From positions 594,214 to 658,213 of the forward strand of contig JAHDYR010000053.1 in assembly GCA_019828565.1 (NCBI GenBank): DNA of 64,000 nt. Direction: 5' to 3'. The notes beneath the pieces are model-generated. The model did not search any database and was not told where the DNA came from. It saw nothing but the letters and a program-made list of their open reading frames with translations. This DNA comes from Carpediemonas membranifera BICM (lineage: Eukaryota > Protista > Fornicata). A program made the position numbers and the translations under genes. Each line of letters starts with the position of its first letter. The first letter of the stretch is position 1. Below, one piece after another: positions 32,201-43,000 of this stretch.

Positions 32201-32810
32201 GCTGGGCGGAGGGGGGTCGTGCCGGCATCGAAAACGGATTCACTAACGCCGCGCCCTGTGCAGGGCCGGGCATTGTGTCTGCTGGACAGAGTGATGTGAT
32301 TTCGGGCGACAGTCTGCCCGCCTCGGCAGGACCAGGCTCTGGCTCAGTGATGGAAGAAAACTCGGGCAGGACAGTGTTCATCATATCCGTGACAGGAGGA
32401 ATGTGGTGCCTCCTGCCGTATATGTCAACGTCGTTCTCCCCTCCATCTGTGTTCAACACGTTGGCATCGAGGGGTCCCACGCCGTGGCTGGCATTGTCGT
32501 TCTCCACTCGATAATCCTGGACCGTGTTCGGCCTGCTTATCGCCAGAGTGTTCACGGGTTGGTACCAATCATCGCCGTCCTGGCCGGTGTCACGATGACT
32601 AGAGGCGGCCAAGACGAGCTTCGGGATTCTGAGCTCAGCATCAGCATCTCTAGCCTCGTTCAAGGCGTGAATTTCGGGCGATTCATTCATCAGACCTGCG
32701 GCGTTTCCCGCTGCATGTTCGTTCGCCTGATCTTCGTTCTCCTGTGCCAAGTTGGTGATGTTTTGGACCATTTCGGTCATATTATGGTCAGTATGTTGTG
32801 CTTGCTCCAT
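29226..32810 (-). CDS. Large ankyrin-repeat protein with unique N-terminal half
   Basis: Long run of G.TPL..A...G....V..LL..GA..N repeats in the C-terminal half. Confidence 0.93.
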   Translation of the reverse strand: MEQAQHTDHNMTEMVQNITNLAQENEDQANEHAAGNAAGLMNESPEIHALNEARDADAELRIPKLVLAASSHRDTGQDGDDWYQPVNTLAISRPNTVQDYRVENDNASHGVGPLDANVLNTDGGENDVDIYGRRHHIPPVTDMMNTVLPEFSSITEPEPGPAEAGRLSPEITSLCPADTMPGPAQGAALVNPFSMPARPPSAQQVDRVDRPNDSGPAEPGPSNGREKQKRKPKQPSVSDLLAEKFARAERLAFVRSKLTTLMSLIHYLDRRLDRRPIAQIAWCMPERFDFRIKASKSLKLNADDRKSLKKKMLKHEIATIDANIAAIEAEIITLEADVRDHITHPPSKTDLIIRQADAPGEVDDDIEVSLDSILPEGVTAEESKPGDIAFSREENYQMHLARSCAEGSVAALDFVLALLGVVPEADMDVKATTKRILKKPHVSFRSGEVLNVAARKQVSRANGKALDADTNTVEVELARLEAARHGRQRRFYSILEQGLSAPRKRKDGAGDDNEGKRSRGPDRDFDDDPVFVISNYFRVMSGIEGLEVREEPVEPAGPPNRQLHQAFVAAVNNDGSRTRKMISAGVLPTATYKGVSLLGHACKAGSDSAAEILIDAGADLNVVDADGDTPLIRAIVGQHEKTAVVCVEKGADLTVTRRSSEPPLFVAVDAGLHKVVEAILSRVDCNVNAADSINETALAVACRTGQVEMVERLISAGADLNSTDSTGDTPLGLAICCMDTRAVKLLVEAGADCLKVVGQSGQAFSALYLAAEHDAVDIVHYILEKKPELLNYVDNGGRSPLFAASLFNSVETCRLLLQHHADCNLASDDSRTPLIVAAERNNTECIKLLLSAGASINAQDADGDTALMLACFYGRVESSRVLLEAGANCNVARADGVRAIYIATVRNNTALIKLLVENGAEINAQADNGRSALMEAVVQGHGAAVRALLATGADVNLPDSEGDSPLCAALADGDQEIVSALLHYGADCRALGRRGCSPIYLAAGHGHVSILKILLDTVPELVNQSDDLGLTPLFVASITSQVECINLLIRHGANLDLPSNEGQTPLLAAAVKGHTYVVNRLTQAGAVLDTQDEDGSTALLGSCIEGHTACVKLLLDAGADPNLSRPNGESPLSQAIARDYTAIVEMLVAVPGIDLNVPVAKDIEQEDEKHVSCSVCGVLGRVARSLLSALGRFM

Positions 32811-32999
32811 TGCCGTGCTTTGATCTTGCCGGTCGTGGAAATTGCGTTCAAGAAGTCGATATTAATATGAAAACGCGTAAAATGCGAAGGAAACAACCAG
32901 GCTACGAGAGCATAATATGCCGGAGAAACACATGCAATCGTCTTCCCTGCCCCCATACCCTCCAACCACCACAGCCCCGCAACCATCCGATGAGTTTAC

Positions 33000-34877
33000 T
33001 CACTCCTGGGCCTCAGCAGCCCTTGCCGCCTGCTTCCTTTGCTTCGCCCGCTGCCCCCTTGTCAGCGTAGACTTCTTCGGGGCCGACTTGAACACCGCCT
33101 CGAGCTCCCGCTTCGCCTGGTTCTTAAACTTGCCCTTCTTTCTAATCAGCGCCGACCGGACAGGAATATAAGCATAGGGGTCGACCTGGCCCTTCTTCAC
33201 ATCCCCGCCGCCCTTCTTGGACCTGAACTCCGATCCAGTCTTGATTCCATCAGTCCGCTTCCCAGTACGCACCCGGATTGACCTGATACCGCCCTTGGGG
33301 ATCCACATATCACCCTTGCGGCGCTCAGCCTTCTTCTCCTCCACGGCAATGGCGTCCTTGACCACCGTAGAAACGGCCTCGACCTCCTTTCCTTCCTTGA
33401 TGACCATCTTGCCCTCTCCTACTGGCATGGCGAGAGCCTCATCCTCGTAGCCGCTGAACTCCTTGTATTTGTACGTCTTCTGCTTGCGACCCTTGGCTTG
33501 GAGTGCTGCGAGGTCGTATTCATCAGCATCCACGTCAGCATCGTCGTCACTTGTTTCTTCGAGGAGGTCCATGAAGTCGAGTTCGGCCTTGCCCTTGTCG
33601 CCTGACTTCTTGGCCTCGCCGCCGCGCTTCTTCTTGTTCTGTTCGCCGTTGTACTTGTGAATCTGTCCAACCAGGAATTTCCGCTCCTCTTCGCCGAACT
33701 TGTCTCTGTGGCCGTCATAAATCGCTGGGGTGAACCTCTTGCACACATCCGAGACGAAAATTGCACCAGCCGCGCGCTCGTTCGTCCTTACTACGAAAGA
33801 CATGGCCGCATCAGTCAGTGCGAGAAGCTGGGGGAGTATCACGTTCTCGGGACAGTGCTGGAAGAGTGGCCGCATGCTCTTGAGCGCCAGGACGGTGGGG
33901 TGGGCGACGAAGAAACGGAGGGCTCCACCCCACCACCGCTCGTCGGTGACGGCGCCGCCACAGTTGCGGAGGAGCTTGAAGAACACCTCGAGGCCGGCGT
34001 TACTCACCTGCGTGTCCTCGTGAGTGAAGAGAGATATGCACATCGTCAAAGACGTCATGAGTGCCGCTGAAGCAGTCGTTGTGAAGGGCTCAGTCAGCGC
34101 ATCGAGGAGCTTGTTCGCAGGCTTGCTGCTGGGCATGAGCTGGATTCCGTAGAGGGCCTCCTGGAGGAGGGCGGGGTAGACGGGATGGGAGGCGTCAGGG
34201 GTGGTGTAGATGAGGGTTGAGCTAAAGGATGCAGCGATGAAGGACAGGCGCTCGGCAACAGCGGCCGGAGGGCATCTGGCACGGGTGAACGCGCTCGTGA
34301 ACACAGTGGCGGCAAACTGGAGTTGGGCGGCCGGGTCGTCGGTGCTCACGTCCGAGGTCTGCGTTGCGGTGGGACTATAGTGCGTGTAGGCGTTGACAAA
34401 GCACTCCAGCATCGCCGTGTCGGTGCTGTCCTCCGTGAGGGCCTTGGCCATGCGGTAGATGTGCTTGACGACCTTGTGGGGGACGACGAGGCCGGAGTTG
34501 AGGATCTTGGCAATAAAAAGCATGACCATGCTACGGACATTGACCGCCTGGACATCGCTGTTGCGGAGCATGGCGGTAAGAGTGCAGCTGAGCAGCGCAA
34601 GTCGGCTGGGCTCGCTGTCGAGCGTCTTGAGGTATATATCGCTGATAAGAATGCCCTCATCGGTGATTCCGCCATCGATGAAGGTCTCAAAGGCAGTAAG
34701 AGCGTACCTCTCGCGAGTTTCCGCGTCTACTGCATCCAGAGCTGTGGAAACGGCTGTGATCACAACCCCACGGTCATTCTGGACATATGTCTGATCGCCG
34801 AGGCCTTCATCAAACATAACACGAAGCAAATCCATTGGAGGGAGGCTTTGCAGGCGCCTCACCTTGTTAGTCTGCAT
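33000..34877 (-). CDS. RRP12: RRP12-like protein (shortened; HEAT-like region plus conserved C-terminus)
   Basis: TGSEFRSKKGGGDVKK..VDPYAYIP signature; acidic/basic tail. Confidence 0.78.
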   Translation of the reverse strand: MQTNKVRRLQSLPPMDLLRVMFDEGLGDQTYVQNDRGVVITAVSTALDAVDAETRERYALTAFETFIDGGITDEGILISDIYLKTLDSEPSRLALLSCTLTAMLRNSDVQAVNVRSMVMLFIAKILNSGLVVPHKVVKHIYRMAKALTEDSTDTAMLECFVNAYTHYSPTATQTSDVSTDDPAAQLQFAATVFTSAFTRARCPPAAVAERLSFIAASFSSTLIYTTPDASHPVYPALLQEALYGIQLMPSSKPANKLLDALTEPFTTTASAALMTSLTMCISLFTHEDTQVSNAGLEVFFKLLRNCGGAVTDERWWGGALRFFVAHPTVLALKSMRPLFQHCPENVILPQLLALTDAAMSFVVRTNERAAGAIFVSDVCKRFTPAIYDGHRDKFGEEERKFLVGQIHKYNGEQNKKKRGGEAKKSGDKGKAELDFMDLLEETSDDDADVDADEYDLAALQAKGRKQKTYKYKEFSGYEDEALAMPVGEGKMVIKEGKEVEAVSTVVKDAIAVEEKKAERRKGDMWIPKGGIRSIRVRTGKRTDGIKTGSEFRSKKGGGDVKKGQVDPYAYIPVRSALIRKKGKFKNQAKRELEAVFKSAPKKSTLTRGQRAKQRKQAARAAEAQE

Positions 34878-35093
34878 TTCACACAAGAGCAACGCGAACG
34901 AACCTTAAACTGCACAGTTTGGATTCACCACCCAGGAAGTGTACCGGAGGTCACAGTGCTAGCGACGTAGATCTACTTAGCCATCCAACCCATAATTACG
35001 TTTCCCGCCTTTCCGATCATGCTCACTTCGATCCCGGTCATCTTCATCGCCCTCCCTGAACCTAACCAATACACTCAATCCCGATCGGATTTA

Positions 35094-35939
35094 CTACGCG
35101 TTCTCCTCGCCCTCGCCCACACTTACGATCGCGTTATAATGCTGTCCGAGAGTGAGCTCGTGCTCATGGTAGCTCACACGGATGGGCGCCTCGGGCCCTT
35201 CCCCGAACACCCGGGGCTGGGCACGGGCAGAGTAGACCATGATCTCGCGGCCCAGGGCAGAGGCGAGAGCAGCAAGCTCCTGCTCGCCGCCCCACTCCGC
35301 TGTGGAACGCATACGGTCGCAGTATTGGGTAAACGCCTCATCGCTCATTTGATTACCTCTGATATCTACCATAAATGGCATGAAATCTTCCTGGTGCTCA
35401 ATAATGTAGTCGACCGCCACCCCGCGCAGGTCTCGGGCGTTGCGGCCATCATTCAGACCGTGGGCAATAGAACTGAACATGCAGTGGCCGTCAGAGGGCA
35501 TGGGCACGATAGCCATACCGAGGCCGGCGAGCTGCTTGCGGAGCTCTGCCTGCTCAGTTTCCTTGGCCGAGTTATCAAAGGCCTCCTCGTCGCGGCGGAT
35601 CTGCTCTTCACGCTTGTGTTCCTGCTCGAGCTTCTTCTTTTGCCTTTTCTGGGCTCTAGTGAGCACGGGCTCCTCGTTGGAGGGTGTTACTTCTTCGGCA
35701 GGTGCTGAGGGTTCAGGGGCAGGCGCTTCCTCTGCGGGTGCGTCGTTTGAATTCTGCTCTTCAAAGTAAGCGAGTTGTTTGGCATGTTCCGCCTCCAAAT
35801 CGGCTTTCAATGAGGCTGTTTCACGCTTTGCCTCGCGTTTGTCGCGTTTCTTGTCCTTGAGGATCTGCTGGCACTTCGCTTGAAGCGCTTTCATCTCATT
35901 CCGTTGTCTGATCTTCATTTGCCCTATTGTCTCACCCAT
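35094..35939 (-). CDS. OTU-domain deubiquitinase (OTUD6/Otu2-like)
   Basis: SDGHCMFSSI, WGGEQELAAL, YHEH..LGQHYN; charged N-terminal helix. Confidence 0.93.
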   Translation of the reverse strand: MGETIGQMKIRQRNEMKALQAKCQQILKDKKRDKREAKRETASLKADLEAEHAKQLAYFEEQNSNDAPAEEAPAPEPSAPAEEVTPSNEEPVLTRAQKRQKKKLEQEHKREEQIRRDEEAFDNSAKETEQAELRKQLAGLGMAIVPMPSDGHCMFSSIAHGLNDGRNARDLRGVAVDYIIEHQEDFMPFMVDIRGNQMSDEAFTQYCDRMRSTAEWGGEQELAALASALGREIMVYSARAQPRVFGEGPEAPIRVSYHEHELTLGQHYNAIVSVGEGEENA

Positions 35940-36080
35940 TTGCTTGTGTATCGCTGGCAGGTTGTGATGTCGCGCAGGTTAAGGACAATTTTGGAAATCT
36001 CGCCCGCAACCTAGGTGGCCAGTCTGGGTCGGCCAGAAGACCCCAGCCCCCAGCCCCGAACCTCCACAGGGGTTCATGTC

Positions 36081-39000
36081 ATGGCAGCCAAATTTGCAAT
36101 TCTCGGCCCACACAACGAAAAGTCTCTGTCTTGCATGCAACAGGAGATAGCTTATGTTCCGCTTGCGCTAGCGAAACAAAAGCTCATGCAGCTTGAGGAT
36201 AAGCATCGTAGGGCCTTGAAAGCTTCGCGTCAGCGAGAACGGGAGCTTGAAGCGAAGCACGAGAAACTCACAGCAGAGATCAAGCGTTTGACCGCAGCAT
36301 TGGATGAAAACAGAGAGAATAGCGTCAACGCCCCATCCCCAGAGCTCCAGGCCCGTTCCCGGTCCCTTTCGCTCGAGGAAGATTCTCCCCAAGTTCAGGC
36401 AACGCTGAACACCAGCGACGGGGCCGCAGGAGACCTGTCCACTGGCACCAACGACTCGAGTGACGGCGAAGAACACACTTCAGATGAGCTCATGCCCTCG
36501 CATTCCGATCCCGAGGACCCTGATGAGACGTCTGACGAGGAGTCCGCCGCTGACATCGCAGAGTCACCCGAGCCAGCGGAAGACGATGTACCCGCCACAC
36601 CAACGGTTACAGTGCCCTCTGAGACGGCTCAAGCCCAGGCTGACGCAGCTTTGGTCGCCAAGGCAGCGCAGTACAAGAAGAACGAGGCTCGGCTTCAGAA
36701 GCAGCTCAAGGCTGCCCAGGAAGAGCTAGAGGCACTCAAGAGGACCCAGGCTGAGTCTGCTGTGCCGGCCGACTGTGCGTCAGCTCAGAACCCCGAGGAG
36801 TTGGACGAGCTCAGGAGGCAGCTGGAAGAAGCCAGGGCGGAGCTGGAGCAGGCGTGGGCGGCAGCAGAGGCGGCGAAGGCGGCAGTTGTTACAGTGCCCG
36901 AAGTCCCTGCGCAGTCGGTGGCCGAGCCAGCCGAGGATGGCGACTCAGACTCAGAGGCTGAGGCTGTAGTAGCCCCCGCTGCCGCTGAAGAGACATCAGC
37001 CACAACCCCTGCCCAGCCCCAACAGGTGGACAACAGCGCCGAGACTGCCCGCCTGGAAGCCGAGGTTGAGGCGAAGACAGCACAGCTCAAGGCCGTCGAG
37101 GCCGAGCTTGAGGCCCTGAAGCAGACCCACGCCGAGACGACTGCTGCACTCGAGTCTGCCAGAGTTGAGCATGGCAAGGAGCTCGAAGCACTCAAGGCTG
37201 AGCTCGCAGCGGCCCAGGCGGCAGTTGAGGAGGCCAGCGCGAACGAAAAGGACGACAAGAAGGCGAAGAAGGCAGAAGCAAAACACCAGGCTGCCCTCGC
37301 CAAGAAGACGACCGAGTTTGAGAAGAAAGAAGCCAAGCTCAAGGCAGAGCTCGACAAGACCGCCTCAGACGTCGCTGCACTCAAGAAGACCCACGCTGAG
37401 GACACCGCCGCGTTGGCTACAGCCAAGAAGGAGCATGAGGCGGAGGTTAAGAAGCTTAAGGCTGAGCTCGCAACCACCGTGGCAGACGCCGAGAAGCAGC
37501 GGGTCGAGGCGGAGAAACAGACCTCGAAGGACGCCCAGGCGGCCGCTGCTGCCAACGGCGAGGCCGTCGCGACACTCAAGAAGGAGACCGCAGCCGTCTT
37601 AGCCGAGCGGGCCGCGGAATACGAGCAAAGAGAGGCCGGGCTCAAGGCTGAGCTGGACTCTGCCGCTGCCGAGCTCGCAGCACTCAAGAAGACGCACGAG
37701 GACGGCACTGCAGCCCTACAACAGAGCGAGGAGGCGTACACGACCGAGATCGCCTCACTTAAGCAGAGTCTGGCCGAGACGATCGCCCAGAGTGAGGAGC
37801 GCGTGGCTGAGGAGCAGCGGAAGATGGAAGAGACGGAGGCCAGTCTGAAGGAAGCCGCAGAGAAGCTCGCAGCAGCCAAGGAGGCGGCCATCGCCGAGCT
37901 GAAGCAGCAAGGGGAGTCTGCTCTGGCGGAGAAGACCGCGGAGATCGCGGAGAAGGAGACCAAGTACCAGGCCGAGCTCAAGGCCGCCAGCGACGAGCTG
38001 TTATCACTCAAGCAGAGCCACGCCAACGGCGCCGCTGCACTCGAGGCCGCTAAAACTGCACATGCGGCTGAGACTGAGAAGCTGAAGGGCCAGCTGGCTG
38101 AGGCGATCGAGGCTGGGGAGCAGAAGCTTGCCGCTGAGAGAGAGAAGATGAGCCAATCAGCTGAGCTCCTCGAGAAGGCCGCCCAACGCGAGGCCGAGCT
38201 CGAACACGAGATGAACAAGCTGCAGCGAACGATCAAGAAGCAGCAGAAGGACCTGGAGAAGGCCGAGACCGACCTCCATGCCGAGCAGGTCCTCCGCAAG
38301 AAGTACTTCAACCAGATTGAGGACATGAAGGGCAAGATCCGGGTCTACTGCCGTGTGCGCCCTCTGTCAGGCTCAGAGAAGGAGCGGGGCTGCGACAACG
38401 TCACCAACATCACTGACGAGTACACCATCGTAGTCAAGAACCCCCAGGGCGTGTCTGGTGTCCAGGCTGACGGCAACAGGGCTTATACTTACGATCGGTG
38501 CTTCGGACCCGACTCAACCCAGCGCCAGGTGTTCGGTGAGACGGAGCATATCATCCAGTCGGCGTTGGACGGGTACAACTGCTCCATTTTCGCCTACGGG
38601 CAGACTGGATCGGGTTTGTTACATGATTTATTGGATTTACACAGGAAAGACGTATACGATGATTGGGCCCGAAGACGATGAGCACCAAGGTATCGCCAGA
38701 CGGGCCATCAAGCGTCTCTTCGAGCTTGTAGACCGCGTCAAGGCCAAGCAGCAGACGTCGTTCGAGATCTCGTGCAACATGATGGAACTTTACAACGACC
38801 AGCTCGTCGACCTCTTCGCCGACGAGTCCTCTTACACCGACGACGGCAAGCTCAAGAAGCTCGACATCAAGAAGAACTACAGCGGGATGGTCTTCGTAGC
38901 CAACGCCGTCGAGAAAGTGGCCGAGACACCTCAACAGCTGTTCGACTTCATGAACTTTGGCTTCGAGTCCCGACATGTCGCCTCGACTCTGATGAACGCC

Positions 39001-39693
39001 GAGTCAAGTCGGTCTCATTTGGTCTTCTCGATCATGATCAGGGCCAAGAACCTCAAGACTGGGAACACAGCCGTGGGCAAGCTGTCTATAGTCGACCTGG
39101 CAGGCAGCGAGCGTGTAGGCAAGTCCGGCGTGTCAGGCGACCAGCTCCGCGAGGCCATGAACATCAACCAGAGCCTTTCCTCCCTGGGCGCAGTCATCAG
39201 CGCGCTGACCAAGGGCGAGGCGCATATTCCGTACCGCAACAACAAGCTGACGATGCTCATGTCGGATTCGATTGGCGGAAATGCCAAGACGCTCATGTTT
39301 GTCAATATCTCGCCGGCGGACTATAATTCGGAGGAGACGCATATATCACTGGCATACGCCTCCAGGGTCAAGCAGATCAAGAATATCGCCGAGAAGAACG
39401 TCGAAACCCGCGAAGTCAAGTTCCTTCGGAGTCAAATCGTTAAGCTGCGCGACATGCTCCAGGAGGCCGGTATGCTGGATGAAGCGGAAGACTCAGTAGG
39501 CAAGCTCCACACTGACATCAGCGACGGCTACGTCTCCAAGTCTGGTACTGAAAGCAGGCGCATGTCGATGCTTTCGCCCTCAGGTCGGGGGACGCCTAAT
39601 GGGGTTAGACCGCACACACCAGGGACCCAGCCGCCAGCTAGTACGCCACGGAATGTGAAGGGCAGGACGCTACAGGTGCCGGGGTCGACCTGA
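36081..39693 (+). CDS. Kinesin-14 (C-terminal motor, KCBP/KIFC-like neck); two exons (36081..38613, 38645..39693)
   Basis: RKKYFNQIEDMKGKIRVYCRVRP; spliced P-loop YGQTGSGKT; NAESSRSH, DLAGSER, HIPYRNNKLT. Confidence 0.95.
36650..38130 (+). repeat. Internal ~85-110 aa repeats in the kinesin stalk (4-5 units)
   Basis: Recurrent 'LKA..(E/D)L.ALK(K/Q)(T/S)H....AAL..A...H..E...LK.(E/Q)LA'. Confidence 0.75.
38614..38644 (+). other. 31-nt GT-AG intron within the kinesin P-loop
   Basis: gtttgttacatgatttattggatttacacag; removal gives GGA TCG G|GA AAG ACG (GSGKT). Confidence 0.93.
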
Positions 39694-40009
39694 GTAGACT
39701 GGGGAGTGTGTTGGAACTTTGTCCCGCATGCAGTTGTAATTTTGTTTATTTTTATCACGGACGCTGTATATAAACTCGCGGAGCTCAGTATACGGCTTTC
39801 TGGTCGTCCACTATCAGTCACCCACCGCGGTAGCCCGCCGTAATCCCTTGTCCTCGCCTCCACGCGGAACAGAACCCTCGGCCCGTCGGCAACGATCTAT
39901 CACATCTTCCGGCTCTTCCTCTGCTGCGTCAACCGCGCATGGCCACGTTACCCACTGACCGGCAAGCCGACCCTCTTCGCTGAGATCCATCGACATTTTT
40001 AAAACTTTC

Positions 40010-43000
40010 TTATTCATTTATTTGCTCAGGTTCGTCTTGTTCTCTTCCATGCAGGTCGTCTGTCCCTTCCTTTGCCTTTTTGACGATGCTCGCCAAGATC
40101 CGCTCGACGTACTCACGCGGTGGTTCCCCGCTGGGGATCCGATCTTCCGAGTAGAGCACCGGATCCATGGAGACGATATCAGCTCGTCCCCGCTCGGCCT
40201 GAAGCTTCTCTGTGGCCCAGCGACACTCGGCGATCAGTGTGTCCCTGTCTTTCAACCCGTCAAACGATCGTTGACGGACTGATCCGATCGCCTTCAAGGC
40301 CATGTTGATGCAGACCTGGGTGAACTGGTCGCACGATACATCAGCAAGCCAGGACAAATCATCAGGAAGTCGCGTGGAAAACACAGCAGAGGCCTTGGAA
40401 TCACCGTCGTGGACGCGGTTCTTAAACGGAGGCTGCTGGGCAAAGAAGGCGTCGATGCCGGGCAGGTCGGGGAGATGGTTGATTAGCAGTGTCTTCTCGT
40501 CTTTCGCGTCGCCGTCTTCGTTGACCGGGATAGAAGAGACAGCAATCCTGCACTGGCCACTTAGTATCAAAAGACGGCCAGGCTTCTTTCCCTCTTTCAA
40601 TATGGCCTTGCGTGCCTCATTAATACTGTGGAGCAAGAAGTTCAGGTTCAGATAAAGCGCTTGATCCGAGGTGCACCCAACGACGACACTGATGGTGTTA
40701 GGAACCACCCTGATCGCGCCCATGCTGTCTAGGTGGCACGACCTGCCGTGCGCCGTCACGTGGAGCACGACGTCCTTGCCGGCGCTGATTGCTCGTTCAA
40801 TCACTGAGATGAACCGGAGAGCAGCCGTGTGAACCTCATCGGCCTGCGCCTCATCGCTCTTCGTGGATGGGTCCACGATAAGAGTGAGCCGGCCATGCTT
40901 GGTGTTTCTGAACGCAGGAGCCTCGAGAAGCTTGTTGTTCTCCCGCAGGTGTTTCAGCTCCTTCTCATACTCTCCCTTGTCAAGCTTGCCAGTCCGCAGC
41001 AGCGAACGCAGCAGCGCTACACCCTGGTGTTTGCTCTTGCAGATGCATCTATCAAGAATTGCTGCATAAACCACACGCGTGTCAGGAAGGGGCTCATCGA
41101 GGGGCGTGCCCTCTTCATCCGGTCTGGTGCCGAAAGAGAACGAGCTGCGGAAGAAAACTTCGGCCAACGACGAGCAACTGTGGTCCTTCCGGGCGTTAAG
41201 CGCAACCAGAACCTTCTCACATTCTTCATTCTTCCATTCGGCCGGCCAGACACCAGTTGAACATGTCGGCATTGCGAGGACGGCCTTCACACGGATCATT
41301 TTGTCGCTCATCTCTCTGATCAGGTGCGGTATGTGGCAGTCGCGAAGTCGATCCTGTATACTTAGGGGTAGTAATTGTGTCGCTGGCCCAGACTCCGCGT
41401 GGAAAAGGGCATCCACGGTTGGACTGGCCCGCATTGTCACAAAGAGCTTGACGCTTAAGCTTTGAAGCACTGAGTGCGTGAACTGGGCAAGAGCGGCGGT
41501 TGTGGCGCGGTGAACAACCTCCTTGAACATCACGATACTGCCACGCTCGCGGATTTTCTCGAGTAACCGGTCACGAACTGCCGACGCCGACAGTGAATCC
41601 AGGTCAAGGAACAACTCCGCTACCTCTTTCAGGGCGGGGTGTGAGTCTGCATGGTCTGCAGGGTTGTTGTGGGCCTTCATCCAGTCGACAATATAGTCTG
41701 CCCTTCCATTCACCTCGCCGAGATCGTCGTGGTGGGTCAGGATCAACCTCAGCACGGACTTGCAGTCAGCAGCAAACCCATAGTCTTCAGACTCACTGCT
41801 CGCCCATTCTTGCAGCTTTTTGATCGCAGCACGAGCCTTGTCACACTCAAACTGAGCAAATAGGGGAATGTCGTGATCTCCGCCGATGGCTCGCCTCAGC
41901 ATGGGTACGTCTACCCGCAGACCGCGATAAGTCTGATCGTAGAACAATGAGAGAATCTGTGAGACAATCACGCGTGTCGAGAGGTTTCCGATGAGTCGTC
42001 TGAGTCTGCGCGTCTCCTTGGGGTACTGTCTGGCGAGGATCTCGAACGTCTGCAGCGTGACGAAGCTGTCGGCACCGGTCAGGTTATCTGTCCCGCCGTC
42101 CAGGCGACCGGCCTGGATCGTCATGTTGGTCACCGAGCTGCACAGGTCCATGACGCTGACACCCGGTTCAGAAACGAAGATACTTGATCCACCGCTCGAA
42201 CAAACGAGCTCATTAGTATGTTGACAGGCCGGCCGTAGCACGCTGGCCTTCAGGCCGGAGGGGGGGTGCGGCTGGGCGATGACACCCCTAATCGCCGCGA
42301 TCGTGGAATCGAAATCCCTCTGATCTTCGTCGGCCCATCTTTCCGTATTGAGTGGGGTTAGTTTCTCATACGCCTTATCGACGTACACCACGACCCCGTG
42401 GTCGTACGGGCCCCGCACTACACGGCCAGCGGCCTGCTGAGAGGCGATGTGGCCTAGTTTTTGCGGCCCAGCTTTCTTGGTAGAGCCGCCAACGTAATAC
42501 TGCCCAAAGACGAGCGCGAGTCCGAGCATACCGGGCGGGAGGTCGGCGCCCTCGGAGTAGCTGCCGTTGTAGTGGTGAATCATGACGAGCGTCGTGCCTG
42601 TCTCCCCGGCAATCGCCCACTCTTCAAGCACCTTCCGGTTAGTCTGGTCATTGAGGTTGAGGAGATGGTAGTGGCGCGTCGAGTCCTCTTCGAACAATCC
42701 TTGCTCGCACTGCCTGAAGACCTCATCGCGTGCGTCTTTTGGCACGAATACGATAACACCAGGTGTCTTTCCAGCGTAGTTCTTCTTGTGCCCCAGGCAA
42801 GTCAGGCTGTCGCGGAGCTGGTTGAGGTACTTAATCACCACATCTGCACAGTTCTTGCAGCAATCCTCGTTTCCAATCCTGACATTCTTCCCCAAAGCAT
42901 CGTTTGTAAACGAGAACCAATACTGGGCCTCACGTTCAGAGGGATTCTGAGTGGCCTGGAACCCAGATGTATCCCTGAACTCGCGCATCCCGATGGTGAA

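Noticed and set aside
36785-38335. 516-aa antisense ORF and similar long shadow ORFs opposite NEK, AP3B, PACRG and KCS
   Set aside because: Expected by-product of GC3-biased codon use on the real strand; low-complexity Ser/Ala translations with no motifs.
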